11,767 nt of DNA. Source: Candidatus Eiseniibacteriota bacterium. Lineage in GTDB: Bacteria > Arandabacterota > Arandabacteria > Arandabacterales > Arandabacteraceae. The stretch lies in assembly GCA_043810925.1 (NCBI GenBank), contig JBDRNT010000185.1:1-11767 (forward strand). Reading direction: 5' to 3'. Under the pieces are notes generated by a model. That model was not told the DNA's origin. It saw only the letters and a list, made by a program, of their open reading frames with translations, and made no database searches. Shown piece after piece: positions 1 to 7,080 of this stretch. The translations under genes and the position numbers were made by a program. Within the stretch, counting starts at the first letter, position 1, and each line of letters begins with the position of its first letter.

Positions 1-1175
1 ACTCCCTGGTTGTCCGACGGATTTAGCCAGAGCATCCGATGGAAAATGTGCTCCGCCTCGTCAAAGCGTCCAAGACGCCATAGACACAGACCATAGCCGT
101 GCATGCAGCGCAGAAACGGGCGGTTGTCGATATGGCCCCACGGCAGCACGCCGTCAAAGTCGTCTCCCAGGGATAGCTCGCCGATGCGCAGACCGACTTC
201 ATAATGTCGAATGGCATCTTGTGGACGGTGATCAAAGACGAGATTGCCCAGATGCGAATGGGCATCAAGGCCGCGAAGATCCGCCCGGCACAGTTCCATC
301 AAGATCTTTGCCGCCTCTGCCCGCTCGCCGGCATCTTTGAGATCGTTGGACCGAGTGATGGGATCACTAGAAGGATCGTCAGGGTCCTCACCGGGCGACA
401 CCTGCTCCATCTCGAACATGGGGCGGGGTCCACGAGCGATAATCGGCTTGGCCCATTCCTCGATGGGTTCGTCTTCTTCCCCCCAGTACTCCTGTTGGGG
501 ATACCACATGCCCATATCCTCAAGTCCCAGGGGCACCAGACCGAGGGCCTTCACGTCAATTCGGGTCGATTGAATCTCTCCGGAGAGATACGGATGACCC
601 GCATAACGCCAGTGTTTTCGTGGCCTGACGGTGACAATCGCGCCAGGCACCGCGTCCCAGTGGCGACCCGCCCGCAATGTAATCCCCCGGTCACTTCCCA
701 ACAAGCGGCACCGGACGGCCCGCTGCTTGACCGAGAGGGCCACCAGATCGACCGGTTTGCTCAGATCGAGGTCGTCGTCAGTGGCCTTGTGTTGCCGCTT
801 ATGTCGGGAAGGACCAAGCACTTCAGCAGGAAAAGGATCGAGGTTGAGCCACTTGCGGTAGGCGGCGATGTGCCGTGCACCTGCCAAAGCCCGGGGAAAC
901 ACGACCTCGGAGACCGCAACTACGTGTTCGGAACCGTCTTCGCGGCGGCATCTTGCCGTCAGCCCACGTCGCTCGTTGCCGTCGTAGTCAACATCGATCA
1001 CCGAAACCGGTTCCCCGATGACGAAGCCATCGGCCGGCAGCTCAACGTTGTCCCCGAAGGCCTGTAGGAAAGCCCAGAGCTTCTCATCATCACCGTATGC
1101 GTCGACAGTGATCTCCTCGATCATATCGTCCAACGTGTCGAGTTCCTTATTCCCTTTAGGGCTTCGTGGGTTCAT
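1..1175 (-). CDS. TPR-containing protein with N-terminal CcbP-like acidic domain (3'-partial, >=391 aa, runs off window)
   Basis: Missing from the ORF track because no stop lies in the window. My manual translation from ATG 1175 is open to position 3: MNPRSPKGNKELDTLDDMIEEITVDAYGDDEKLWAF...LDAHSHLGNL...AIRHYEVGLRIG...LPWGHIDNRPFLRCMHGYGLCLWRLGRFDEAEHIFHRMLWLNPSDNQG. The N-terminal EEITVDAYGDDE...YRKW resembles the CcbP calcium-binding family and the C-terminus has a TPR-like pattern. It starts 3 nt after the upstream stop codon. Confidence 0.85.
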   Translation of the reverse strand, partial: MNPRSPKGNKELDTLDDMIEEITVDAYGDDEKLWAFLQAFGDNVELPADGFVIGEPVSVIDVDYDGNERRGLTARCRREDGSEHVVAVSEVVFPRALAGARHIAAYRKWLNLDPFPAEVLGPSRHKRQHKATDDDLDLSKPVDLVALSVKQRAVRCRLLGSDRGITLRAGRHWDAVPGAIVTVRPRKHWRYAGHPYLSGEIQSTRIDVKALGLVPLGLEDMGMWYPQQEYWGEEDEPIEEWAKPIIARGPRPMFEMEQVSPGEDPDDPSSDPITRSNDLKDAGERAEAAKILMELCRADLRGLDAHSHLGNLVFDHRPQDAIRHYEVGLRIGELSLGDDFDGVLPWGHIDNRPFLRCMHGYGLCLWRLGRFDEAEHIFHRMLWLNPSDNQG

Positions 1176-1178
1176 CTT

Positions 1179-2333
1179 CTATTTATCCTCCCAGATACCG
1201 GCTTTCACAAGGCGTTGAATCAACGCCTTGCGCCGCATGTGGTCGGCCATGGATTCTTTCATTTCTTCTTGAAAGCGCTTTGTCTTCTTTTGGAGAGCAT
1301 AGGCGTCGGATATGTCGATAAGGGCGCGGCAGGCTTCATCATAGGCCCGGCCCGATCCGCGCGCGACAGTCTTCTGAACCGACTTCCAGGCCTTCGGAAA
1401 ATCGCTGGACAGGTTCTTCAGATATACCTCGCGCTCCTTGCGGCGCTTGATCTCCCGCCGCTTACGGTCGCGTTTTAGTATTTGTATGCGGATTTGTTGC
1501 GCATTCTCGGTATTTTTGCGCAGTTCTCCCACCGTGCGCCGGGGCGCTTCGGACCTGTCGTTTCGCAGGCCGCGCTGCCATGCCGCGAACCGGTTCTTGA
1601 TCGACTGTTCGGCCAGCTGCCCCTTGCCCTCCAGCAGTTGTTTCAGGACCGCCGTCACCACATCCCGGGGCAAGGCATCGATCCATCCATCCAAGTCCTT
1701 TTGTGAAATATCCTCGCCCTCAGCAGCCGGACTGCCCGCGCCGGCACCTGCCAGCAAGTCCGGGTCAACCTCTAGGAACTCCACCAGCGCCTGTTGAGCC
1801 GCCGTCAAACTTCCCAGGCCGGTAATGGATATAGGCTCCATCTCATCTTCATCCATCATTTCCCCGGTTACGGCCACCAGCCACCCGATGTAAAGACTGC
1901 GCATATCCCCGCGCAGCAATTCATCCCGCACCGGGGCCAGACGCGCCATCCAGCCACGGCCGTCCTCTATGGCGAAGCGATCATAATTTCCCGACTCCTC
2001 CAGACTCCAGGTAATGACCCAATGGGTTTTGGTAGCCTTGAAATCCAACATGTAAGGCACGGCCATGGTTTTCGCCGACTCTTCGGGCAATGCCTCAATG
2101 GGCAGACGCACCATGAAAACGGCCGTCATCCAGTTGGCTACATAGACGTGGGCGTCGAAACAGCGCTGCATCAAGTTGTCGGGATCGCCCTTGAAATCGC
2201 CCCAATCGTATACGTTGGCAAAACTGACGGGTGTTATCGTGGCCCGCGTTGAAAGCGCGCGCAGCTCTGCCATCTCATTTTTTGTCAATGGCTTATCAAT
2301 AGCGAGGAATTCGTAGTATTGGTATTCACTCAT
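1179..2333 (-). CDS. Conserved hypothetical protein (MSEYQYYEF-type), 384 aa
   Basis: Long ORF whose N-terminus (MSEYQYYEFLAIDKPL...LRALSTRATIT...Y.WGDFKGDP...FDAHVYVANW) I recognise from a widespread uncharacterised family. Basic, helical C-terminus. Tightly coupled to the downstream gene. Confidence 0.88.
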   Translation of the reverse strand: MSEYQYYEFLAIDKPLTKNEMAELRALSTRATITPVSFANVYDWGDFKGDPDNLMQRCFDAHVYVANWMTAVFMVRLPIEALPEESAKTMAVPYMLDFKATKTHWVITWSLEESGNYDRFAIEDGRGWMARLAPVRDELLRGDMRSLYIGWLVAVTGEMMDEDEMEPISITGLGSLTAAQQALVEFLEVDPDLLAGAGAGSPAAEGEDISQKDLDGWIDALPRDVVTAVLKQLLEGKGQLAEQSIKNRFAAWQRGLRNDRSEAPRRTVGELRKNTENAQQIRIQILKRDRKRREIKRRKEREVYLKNLSSDFPKAWKSVQKTVARGSGRAYDEACRALIDISDAYALQKKTKRFQEEMKESMADHMRRKALIQRLVKAGIWEDK

Positions 2334-2378
2334 GATCCATTTTTCCCGGCAGTTGCTGCAAAAAACGCAACAGTTGCC

Positions 2379-2387
2379 ATTCTATCA
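2379..2387 (-). promoter_or_regulatory. Candidate extended -10 promoter (TGaTAGAAT) for the 384-aa gene
   Basis: The minus strand reads ggTGaTAGAATgg about 45 nt upstream of ATG 2333. No convincing -35. Confidence 0.35.
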
Positions 2388-2426
2388 CCTCCATTAGAAA
2401 CCGTGGATCATGGACCAGGAACAAAC

Positions 2427-2455
2427 AACTTGGTCACTTGTCCACTGACCAAGTT
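2427..2455. repeat. Perfect 10-bp inverted repeat (terminator of fic, or an operator)
   Basis: AACTTGGTCA-N9-TGACCAAGTT. On the minus strand it is followed by GTTTGTT and lies about 60 nt downstream of the fic stop. Confidence 0.6.
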
Positions 2456-2513
2456 CATCGATATACATATTTCTTTGGCACCAATGTTGTTATTACCCAA
2501 TTCGTTACCCATT

Positions 2514-3581
2514 TCATTCGACATTACCCAATTGCCACCTGGCGGTTTTTTGCCACCGGGCGTTCTGGCCGCGTCCAAGGCATTCAACCTGATCTTTCGC
2601 CCGCAAGTTTTTCAGGACACGGCGGATCATATCCACGCTGACGTTCGGGTACCTGTTTTGAAGTTCGGCCACGCTGAAAGGACCGAGAGTACTGTCGATG
2701 GCGTGAAGAATTAGACCTGTTTTCTCGCCCTTGGGACTCTGAAGTTGGCCGAGGCGTTGCTCGAATTCCCGATATGCCATCTTGATGATGGACAGAATGT
2801 AATTGATATATGGCCAGGGGTCATGCTTGCCCTCATGCCAGCCCTGGGAGCTTTGCTCCAGGGTTTCGTAATACCGGTCCTTGTTCTGTTCGATGAGGCG
2901 CTCCAGGCTGATATAGCGACCGACCTCGAACCCCAGGCGGTAGCATTGCATGAGCAGAAGCAGCCTTGAAACACGACCGTTGCCGTCACGAAAAGGATGG
3001 ATGCACAGAAAATCCAGGTTGAAGGCTGCCAAAAGGACAAGCGGCGGGACTTTGCGATCCTTGATGGCATTGTCGTACAGCTCGACCAGATCCTTCGTGC
3101 AGCTCGGCGTGTCCTTCGCTGGAACAGTCTTGAAGCGGACCCGCGACCTGCCGTCCGGAAACCTTTCGATAATGTCGCCGTCTTTCTCCTTGTATTTTCC
3201 GGCATCCCAAATCTCCCCACGTGTCATACGGTGGAGTTGTAAAACGGTTTCTTCCGATACAGGGATCTTCGCACCCTGCTCATGAATCCATGTCAGGGCC
3301 TGCCGGTACCCCCGGACTTCCTCCTCATCACGATCCCGCAGGAGCGGCTCGTCGAAGACGATGGTGGCGATTCGAGATTGATCGACCTCCACGCCCTCGA
3401 TCCGGTTGGACGATACAGCGCTTTCAATGAGGGCGTGCTCCCGGAGAACCTTGAGACGCTGCGGCGATTGGCGGGTGAACAATTCCTGCTTTCCCCGCGC
3501 CTCACCAAGGTCAGCAAGGTACCAGGATGCAGCGGCCGGCACGGATTCAAACTTGCGAAAAAAAAGCCGCAGGGTCATCAT
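2514..3581 (-). CDS. Fic family protein (class II, autoinhibited AMPylase) with probable C-terminal winged helix, 355 aa
   Basis: Canonical Fic motif HPFRDGNGRVSR. N-terminal inhibitory motif (S/T)xxxE(G/N) = SNRIEG. The C-terminal segment FSVAELQNRYPNVSVDMIRRVLKNL is wHTH-like. RBS GGAGGGG lies upstream of the ATG. Confidence 0.95.
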   Translation of the reverse strand: MMTLRLFFRKFESVPAAASWYLADLGEARGKQELFTRQSPQRLKVLREHALIESAVSSNRIEGVEVDQSRIATIVFDEPLLRDRDEEEVRGYRQALTWIHEQGAKIPVSEETVLQLHRMTRGEIWDAGKYKEKDGDIIERFPDGRSRVRFKTVPAKDTPSCTKDLVELYDNAIKDRKVPPLVLLAAFNLDFLCIHPFRDGNGRVSRLLLLMQCYRLGFEVGRYISLERLIEQNKDRYYETLEQSSQGWHEGKHDPWPYINYILSIIKMAYREFEQRLGQLQSPKGEKTGLILHAIDSTLGPFSVAELQNRYPNVSVDMIRRVLKNLRAKDQVECLGRGQNARWQKTARWQLGNVE

Positions 3582-3667
3582 GGCTTTTCCCCTCCGTATG
3601 GCACACTACCCTCCTTTACTGTCATTGGCCAGGTCATGCCTGCCTGTGCCGTGCCCGTCATGGCGAC

Positions 3668-4066
3668 AGGAGTTCCCCCGCTTTCACGGACACCTGAGCA
3701 CTTGCGATCATGCTGCATGATTCGACCCTCTTGATCTCATAACTGATCGGTGACTCATAGTCCAGCGCGGAATGGCGTCTGTGAGGATTGTAGAAGCCCT
3801 CGATGAAGTCGAAGACGGCCATCCTTGCCTCCCTCTGGGCTCTGAACCGCTCACGGCTGAGGCACTCGCACTCTAAGGTGGCGAAGAACGACTCGCACAT
3901 GGCATTGTCGAAGCAGTCCCCCACCGAGCCCATCGAGGGCCGCACCCCGGCCTTGACGGCAACGCTTCCCGAAGGCAATCGAGGTATACTGCGAGCCCTG
4001 GTCCGAGTGATGGATCACCCCATCGGGCCGCCGGTGCCACAAAGCCATCTCAAGGGCCCAGAGCAC
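3668..4066 (-). mobile_element. IS3-family remnant: frameshifted 3' part of orfB (DDE integrase core) plus terminal inverted repeat
   Basis: Frame A gives VLWALEMALWHRRPDGVIHHSDQGSQYTSIAFGKRCR. After a frameshift at about 3951-3956, frame B gives AGVRPSMGSVGDCFDNAMCESFFATLECE...IEGFYNPHRRHSALDYESP. An IS3-type end AGGAGTTCCCCCGCTTTCACGGACAC lies at 3668-3693, with the usual terminal TG reading AG. Confidence 0.92.
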
Positions 4067-4426
4067 TATTGAGCCACGCATAAGTAATGTCTCATTTCAA
4101 GCGCAAAGATAGGGGTGATGCCTTGAGGAAGGAGCGGAGCAAGAGTTGATCGTCGGCGATATCCCGGGTATGACGCTCTGCACGTAGACAGAGCTCTTCG
4201 ACATCGCGAGCGGCATAGTTGGCCAAGGGGTTCATCTTCAGATAGGCCCAGAAAGCCTCGACCGGATTCAACTCAGGGGCATACGGAGGCAGGAAGGCTG
4301 AATGCACGGAGTGATTGCGGCGATGGATCTTCGCCCATGCGGATCGATGCACGCTCAGCCGGTCCCACACGATGAGGATCGGGTTGCCGAGTTGACGCCG
4401 GAGTTGACGAAGGAAACTGAGCAGGT
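4067..4426 (-). mobile_element. IS630-family remnant (C-terminal DDE region and right end), inserted at a TA within the IS3 orfB
   Basis: Translation gives LLSFLRQLRRQLGNPILIVWDRLSVH...FLPPYAPELNPVEAFWAYLK, the IS630/Tc1 signature, with the stop at 4092. It is followed by the end sequence ACATTACTTATGCGTGGCTCAA-TA abutting IS3 coding sequence. The 5' part is missing. Confidence 0.9.
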
Positions 4427-4448
4427 TGGAGTTGCCCCGGTTTGACGG
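4427..4448 (+). mobile_element. Isolated IS3-family terminal repeat
   Basis: TGGAGTTGCCCCGGTTTGACGG matches 3668-3689 at 18/22 positions in direct orientation and begins with the IS3-typical TG. It sits where the IS630 coding similarity appears to stop. Confidence 0.7.
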
Positions 4449-4499
4449 CTGGCAAGCGATTCAGATAAGGCCTAGAAGGTTCCGTGATAAACATGAGGT

Positions 4500-4781
4500 C
4501 TAAACGAAGGGTGTTCTGAATTTGCATCCCCAGTCCTCAAGATCGAATCCGATCTGGTGTGTTTCCTCATTGAACCCCAACTCCTTGCAGAGATCTGATA
4601 GCGATCCATCCCTGGCCACGCTCTTGTCAAGAAGCCATCGGCCCCTCATTACTCCATCGTCGTCTACTTCCTCGCGGTAGTCTATGGTATGTCCACGGTA
4701 GAGCATGGGCCCAGGCCAATAGACAACATCGTTATCAGAAGCTGTTCGCCGTATGTGTCCACTCTTGTTCGGTTCTGCCAT
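4500..4781 (-). CDS. Small acidic hypothetical protein, 93 aa
   Basis: ATG preceded by GGAGG (4792-4796). Extended -10 TGcTATACT at 4846-4854. Globular-looking composition, no recognisable family. Confidence 0.65.
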   Translation of the reverse strand: MAEPNKSGHIRRTASDNDVVYWPGPMLYRGHTIDYREEVDDDGVMRGRWLLDKSVARDGSLSDLCKELGFNEETHQIGFDLEDWGCKFRTPFV

Positions 4782-4810
4782 CGGTTAGCTACCTCCGTGG
4801 TTTGCGTTTG

Positions 4811-4854
4811 CCCTGCCCGCAGGACCCTGCCCTTAGGACCTGCACAGTATAGCA
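4811..4854 (-). promoter_or_regulatory. Extended -10 promoter and tandem 14-bp direct repeat upstream of the 93-aa ORF
   Basis: TGCTATACT on the minus strand (4846-4854). Tandem repeat CCCTGCCCgcAGGA / CCCTGCCCttAGGA (4811-4838), followed by a partial third copy CCTGC. Confidence 0.5.
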
Positions 4855-4867
4855 TGGGCGATGCAGG

Positions 4868-4900
4868 AAAGAACCCCCCGAACTTGTTACAGTTCAAGGG
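4868..4900 (-). terminator. Hairpin resembling an intrinsic terminator, downstream of the tRNA fragment
   Basis: Minus-strand RNA CCCUUGAACU-GUAACA-AGUUCGGGGG forms a 10-bp stem with two G-U pairs that work only on this strand, followed by GUUCUUU. Confidence 0.55.
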
Positions 4901-4907
4901 CTTAGTT

Positions 4908-4951
4908 TGGCAGCGGGGCTGGATTTGAACCAGCGACCTTTGGGTTATGAG
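4908..4951 (-). mobile_element. Attachment site: 3' half of tRNA-Met(CAT), initiator type; not an intact tRNA
   Basis: The minus strand reads CTCATAACCCAAAGGTCGCTGGTTCAAATCCAGCCCCGCTGCCA: anticodon loop CTCATAA, T-arm GCTGG-TTCAAAT-CCAGC and a CCA end. No D-arm or 5' acceptor strand lies upstream. A fragment starting at the anticodon loop is typical of tyrosine-integrase att sites. Confidence 0.9.
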
Positions 4952-5182
4952 TGTGGTGGGGTGCAAAAACAAGAGAAGACACCAGGGAACAAGAGGGATG
5001 TAACTGAGAGTGAGTTCTGCAGTTTCGGGAATGTCGTTTCTCTGATGTTCTCTCGTCTTCTACTCGATTGCTGCTTGCTTTGTTAGAAGAACATTAACAG
5101 GCCGGTGGGTAGCGGTAGTCCACGTCTATGTGGGTGTGATAGAGTATGGATAGGTGGTATCGCTGACGGCGTAGGTCATACG

Positions 5183-5393
5183 CTTTCCCGGGACGGATGC
5201 CTGAAGGTGAATATGCATTTGTCCACTGAAGATACACGTGAGAAGATAGATCAATGGCGTGTGGAGTACAAAGAGTTCCGACCCCGCAGGTCGCTCGCTG
5301 GTCTGACTCCCAGGGAGTTCACTGAGAGGACCGCCGCCAAACAAGAAAGCGCATCCCTCTGGCCAGTCATCGTCCAGTTTCAAGGGGTAACGA
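5183..5393 (+). pseudogene. Degenerate IS3-family transposase C-terminus with probable right end
   Basis: SRDGCLKVNMHLSTEDTREKIDQWRVEYKEFRPRRSLAGLTPREF is a decayed form of the IS3 orfB tail (RDECLN..WF.SL.DAR.KIE.WR..YN..RPHSSLG..TP.EF). GTCCAGTTTCAAGGGGTAACG at about 5372-5392 resembles a terminal IR. Confidence 0.8.
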
Positions 5394-5412
5394 AACTCCT
5401 GCCGTCGACGTC

Positions 5413-7080
5413 TTACCGCAGGCAGTACCTTCCGGGAGCTATTATGCTATCGGGGTCGATCACGCGCTTGATCTTGGACACCAGGTCCCAGTATGTGGTG
5501 CCGGCTTGTGTAATCAAGTGCATATGGTCGATGCCGACTCGATAAGGCACGAAGCCCTGCTGCCTGCCGGTCTCAAAAAGCGCACGATAGCATGCCTTTG
5601 CGCGCCGCGTCTCGTCCGGATCCTCACGATCGAAGAGCAGCGGCACCGTGGAGTCGAAGCACCTGTGGGAGAGGCTGGTGAGCGTTATGAGCGGCTCCAT
5701 CCTATGCTTGATGCAGATCGACTTCACGGTGTCAACGTACCGTCTCACCAGGTCGGGCTTCATCGGTATGAGCGGGGAATACCAGATGATGCCGCAACCA
5801 TCGGTCGCGGGATTCATGGGCCGGCCGCTGGCAGGTCGTCTCCCGCTTTTCCAATAGCAGAGACTGAGAGCTGTCTCCGACGGCGCCCCCTCGGCCACCT
5901 TGAAAGCCTCATCCACGTTAGCGATCTGTTGCTTGAGAGTCCGGGTCAGGCGGTCGGGAACGAGCGCCAGCAGGCGGCGCAGCAGGTCTATTCTGGTGCG
6001 TGAGAAGAATAGATGCCTTCTGGCTACGGCCTTGGTACGCTTCCCTATCAAGGCCTTAGCTGCGCTGACCAACCGTTTGTCTCCATAGAGGATTCCTCCC
6101 ACGGTCCAGGGGCCGACGTAGTTCTTCCTGCTAAGATCGTTCACCAGGGCCTCCGGCATCACCTCACCAACCGGCACGCTGCCCATGGGATAGGCCTCGG
6201 CCATGGAAAGCACCCGTCGGTCGTTCATAAGGTTGATGGACCCGCTTATGTTGCCGATCCGCTTGAGGATGTCCTGAACGGCCATCACGGCCTCTTCGAG
6301 ATCGGCATCCCGCTTGAGGGTGAAGAGAAACCCCTCTGTGGTTTCGGGGATCGGTGCCAGGGCTACGGTCATCTCGGTCACGATTCCGAAGTTGCCCTGG
6401 GAGAAAAGACCGTCAAGGTAGGGCCCAATGCCCCACTTGAAGACCTGGTCTGCGGTCTCGCCACCGAGTGAAGATAAGGCCGGGTGGTAGATGCTTCCAT
6501 CGGGAAGGACGGCTTCGAGCGATGTCACGGCTCCAAAGTGATCCACATAAGGCGTCACCCCGTAGCCCCGCTCCAAGGCATTGCCTATGAGGCTGCAGTC
6601 CGGACCCGCACCATGTACGGGCACGAGGTAGGGCGCTCCTCGCGCATCCAGGTAGTCCCGGAGTTGCCTTGGTGTGACGCCCGGCTGGACGGTCACCACG
6701 CCTAGGTCCTCGTCGAAGGCGACTATCGCATTCATCCGCGAAAGATCAACCACAACGCAGTCATCTGTGACCGGGCTTGCAGCCCCGTAGCCCCAGTTGT
6801 GACCTCTGCTTACAGGATAGAGCGGGATTCGGTGCTTGCCGGCAATCCGCACTAGCTCGGATACTTCACGCGCACTTGCGGGCCTTATGACTGCCAGCAC
6901 TTTGCGCGCTGTGGCAGTCTCATTGGAGGCGTATTGCTCCAAGGCATCCTGCTCTATGTCCACCGCCTCCCGGCCGAGTGCACGTCGCCATTCAGCGGCT
7001 GCATTGGCGAATTGAGTAGGGTTCGTATCGATCGCTGGCAACGCCGATGCCGTATTGGTTGCCACAGGGCTACGAGACAT
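5413..7080 (-). CDS. FAD-binding oxidoreductase, VAO/p-cresol methylhydroxylase family (FeeG/CndG-like candidate oxidative decarboxylase), 555 aa
   Basis: Motifs YPVSRGHNWGYG, VDLSRMN, VQPGVT, SLIGNALERGYGVTPY, QGNFGIVT, PYR and C-terminal IDPDSIIAPGRY. Start reassigned to ATG 7080, which has RBS GGGAGGT and overlaps the radical SAM gene by 11 nt. Confidence 0.92.
   Translation of the reverse strand: MSRSPVATNTASALPAIDTNPTQFANAAAEWRRALGREAVDIEQDALEQYASNETATARKVLAVIRPASAREVSELVRIAGKHRIPLYPVSRGHNWGYGAASPVTDDCVVVDLSRMNAIVAFDEDLGVVTVQPGVTPRQLRDYLDARGAPYLVPVHGAGPDCSLIGNALERGYGVTPYVDHFGAVTSLEAVLPDGSIYHPALSSLGGETADQVFKWGIGPYLDGLFSQGNFGIVTEMTVALAPIPETTEGFLFTLKRDADLEEAVMAVQDILKRIGNISGSINLMNDRRVLSMAEAYPMGSVPVGEVMPEALVNDLSRKNYVGPWTVGGILYGDKRLVSAAKALIGKRTKAVARRHLFFSRTRIDLLRRLLALVPDRLTRTLKQQIANVDEAFKVAEGAPSETALSLCYWKSGRRPASGRPMNPATDGCGIIWYSPLIPMKPDLVRRYVDTVKSICIKHRMEPLITLTSLSHRCFDSTVPLLFDREDPDETRRAKACYRALFETGRQQGFVPYRVGIDHMHLITQAGTTYWDLVSKIKRVIDPDSIIAPGRYCLR

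Noticed and set aside
204-1067. 287-aa plus-strand ORF
   Set aside because: Antisense shadow of the minus-strand TPR gene (<1..1175); no recognisable motifs.
3945-3960. Programmed IS3 -1 frameshift
   Set aside because: The shift lies inside the orfB catalytic core, not at the orfA/orfB junction, and has no slippery run. It is a disabling indel or a sequence error.
4811-4845. CRISPR-like or iteron array
   Set aside because: Only about 2.5 adjacent 14-bp units with no spacers, and no cas or rep gene. No CRISPR array was seen anywhere in the window.
4908-4985. Intact tRNA-Met gene
   Set aside because: Only the anticodon loop to CCA is present; the upstream sequence cannot form the D-arm or the 5' acceptor strand.
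5105-5545. 146-aa plus-strand ORF as a real gene
   Set aside because: A chimera of non-coding sequence, a decayed IS3 tail and antisense overlap with the flavoprotein gene.
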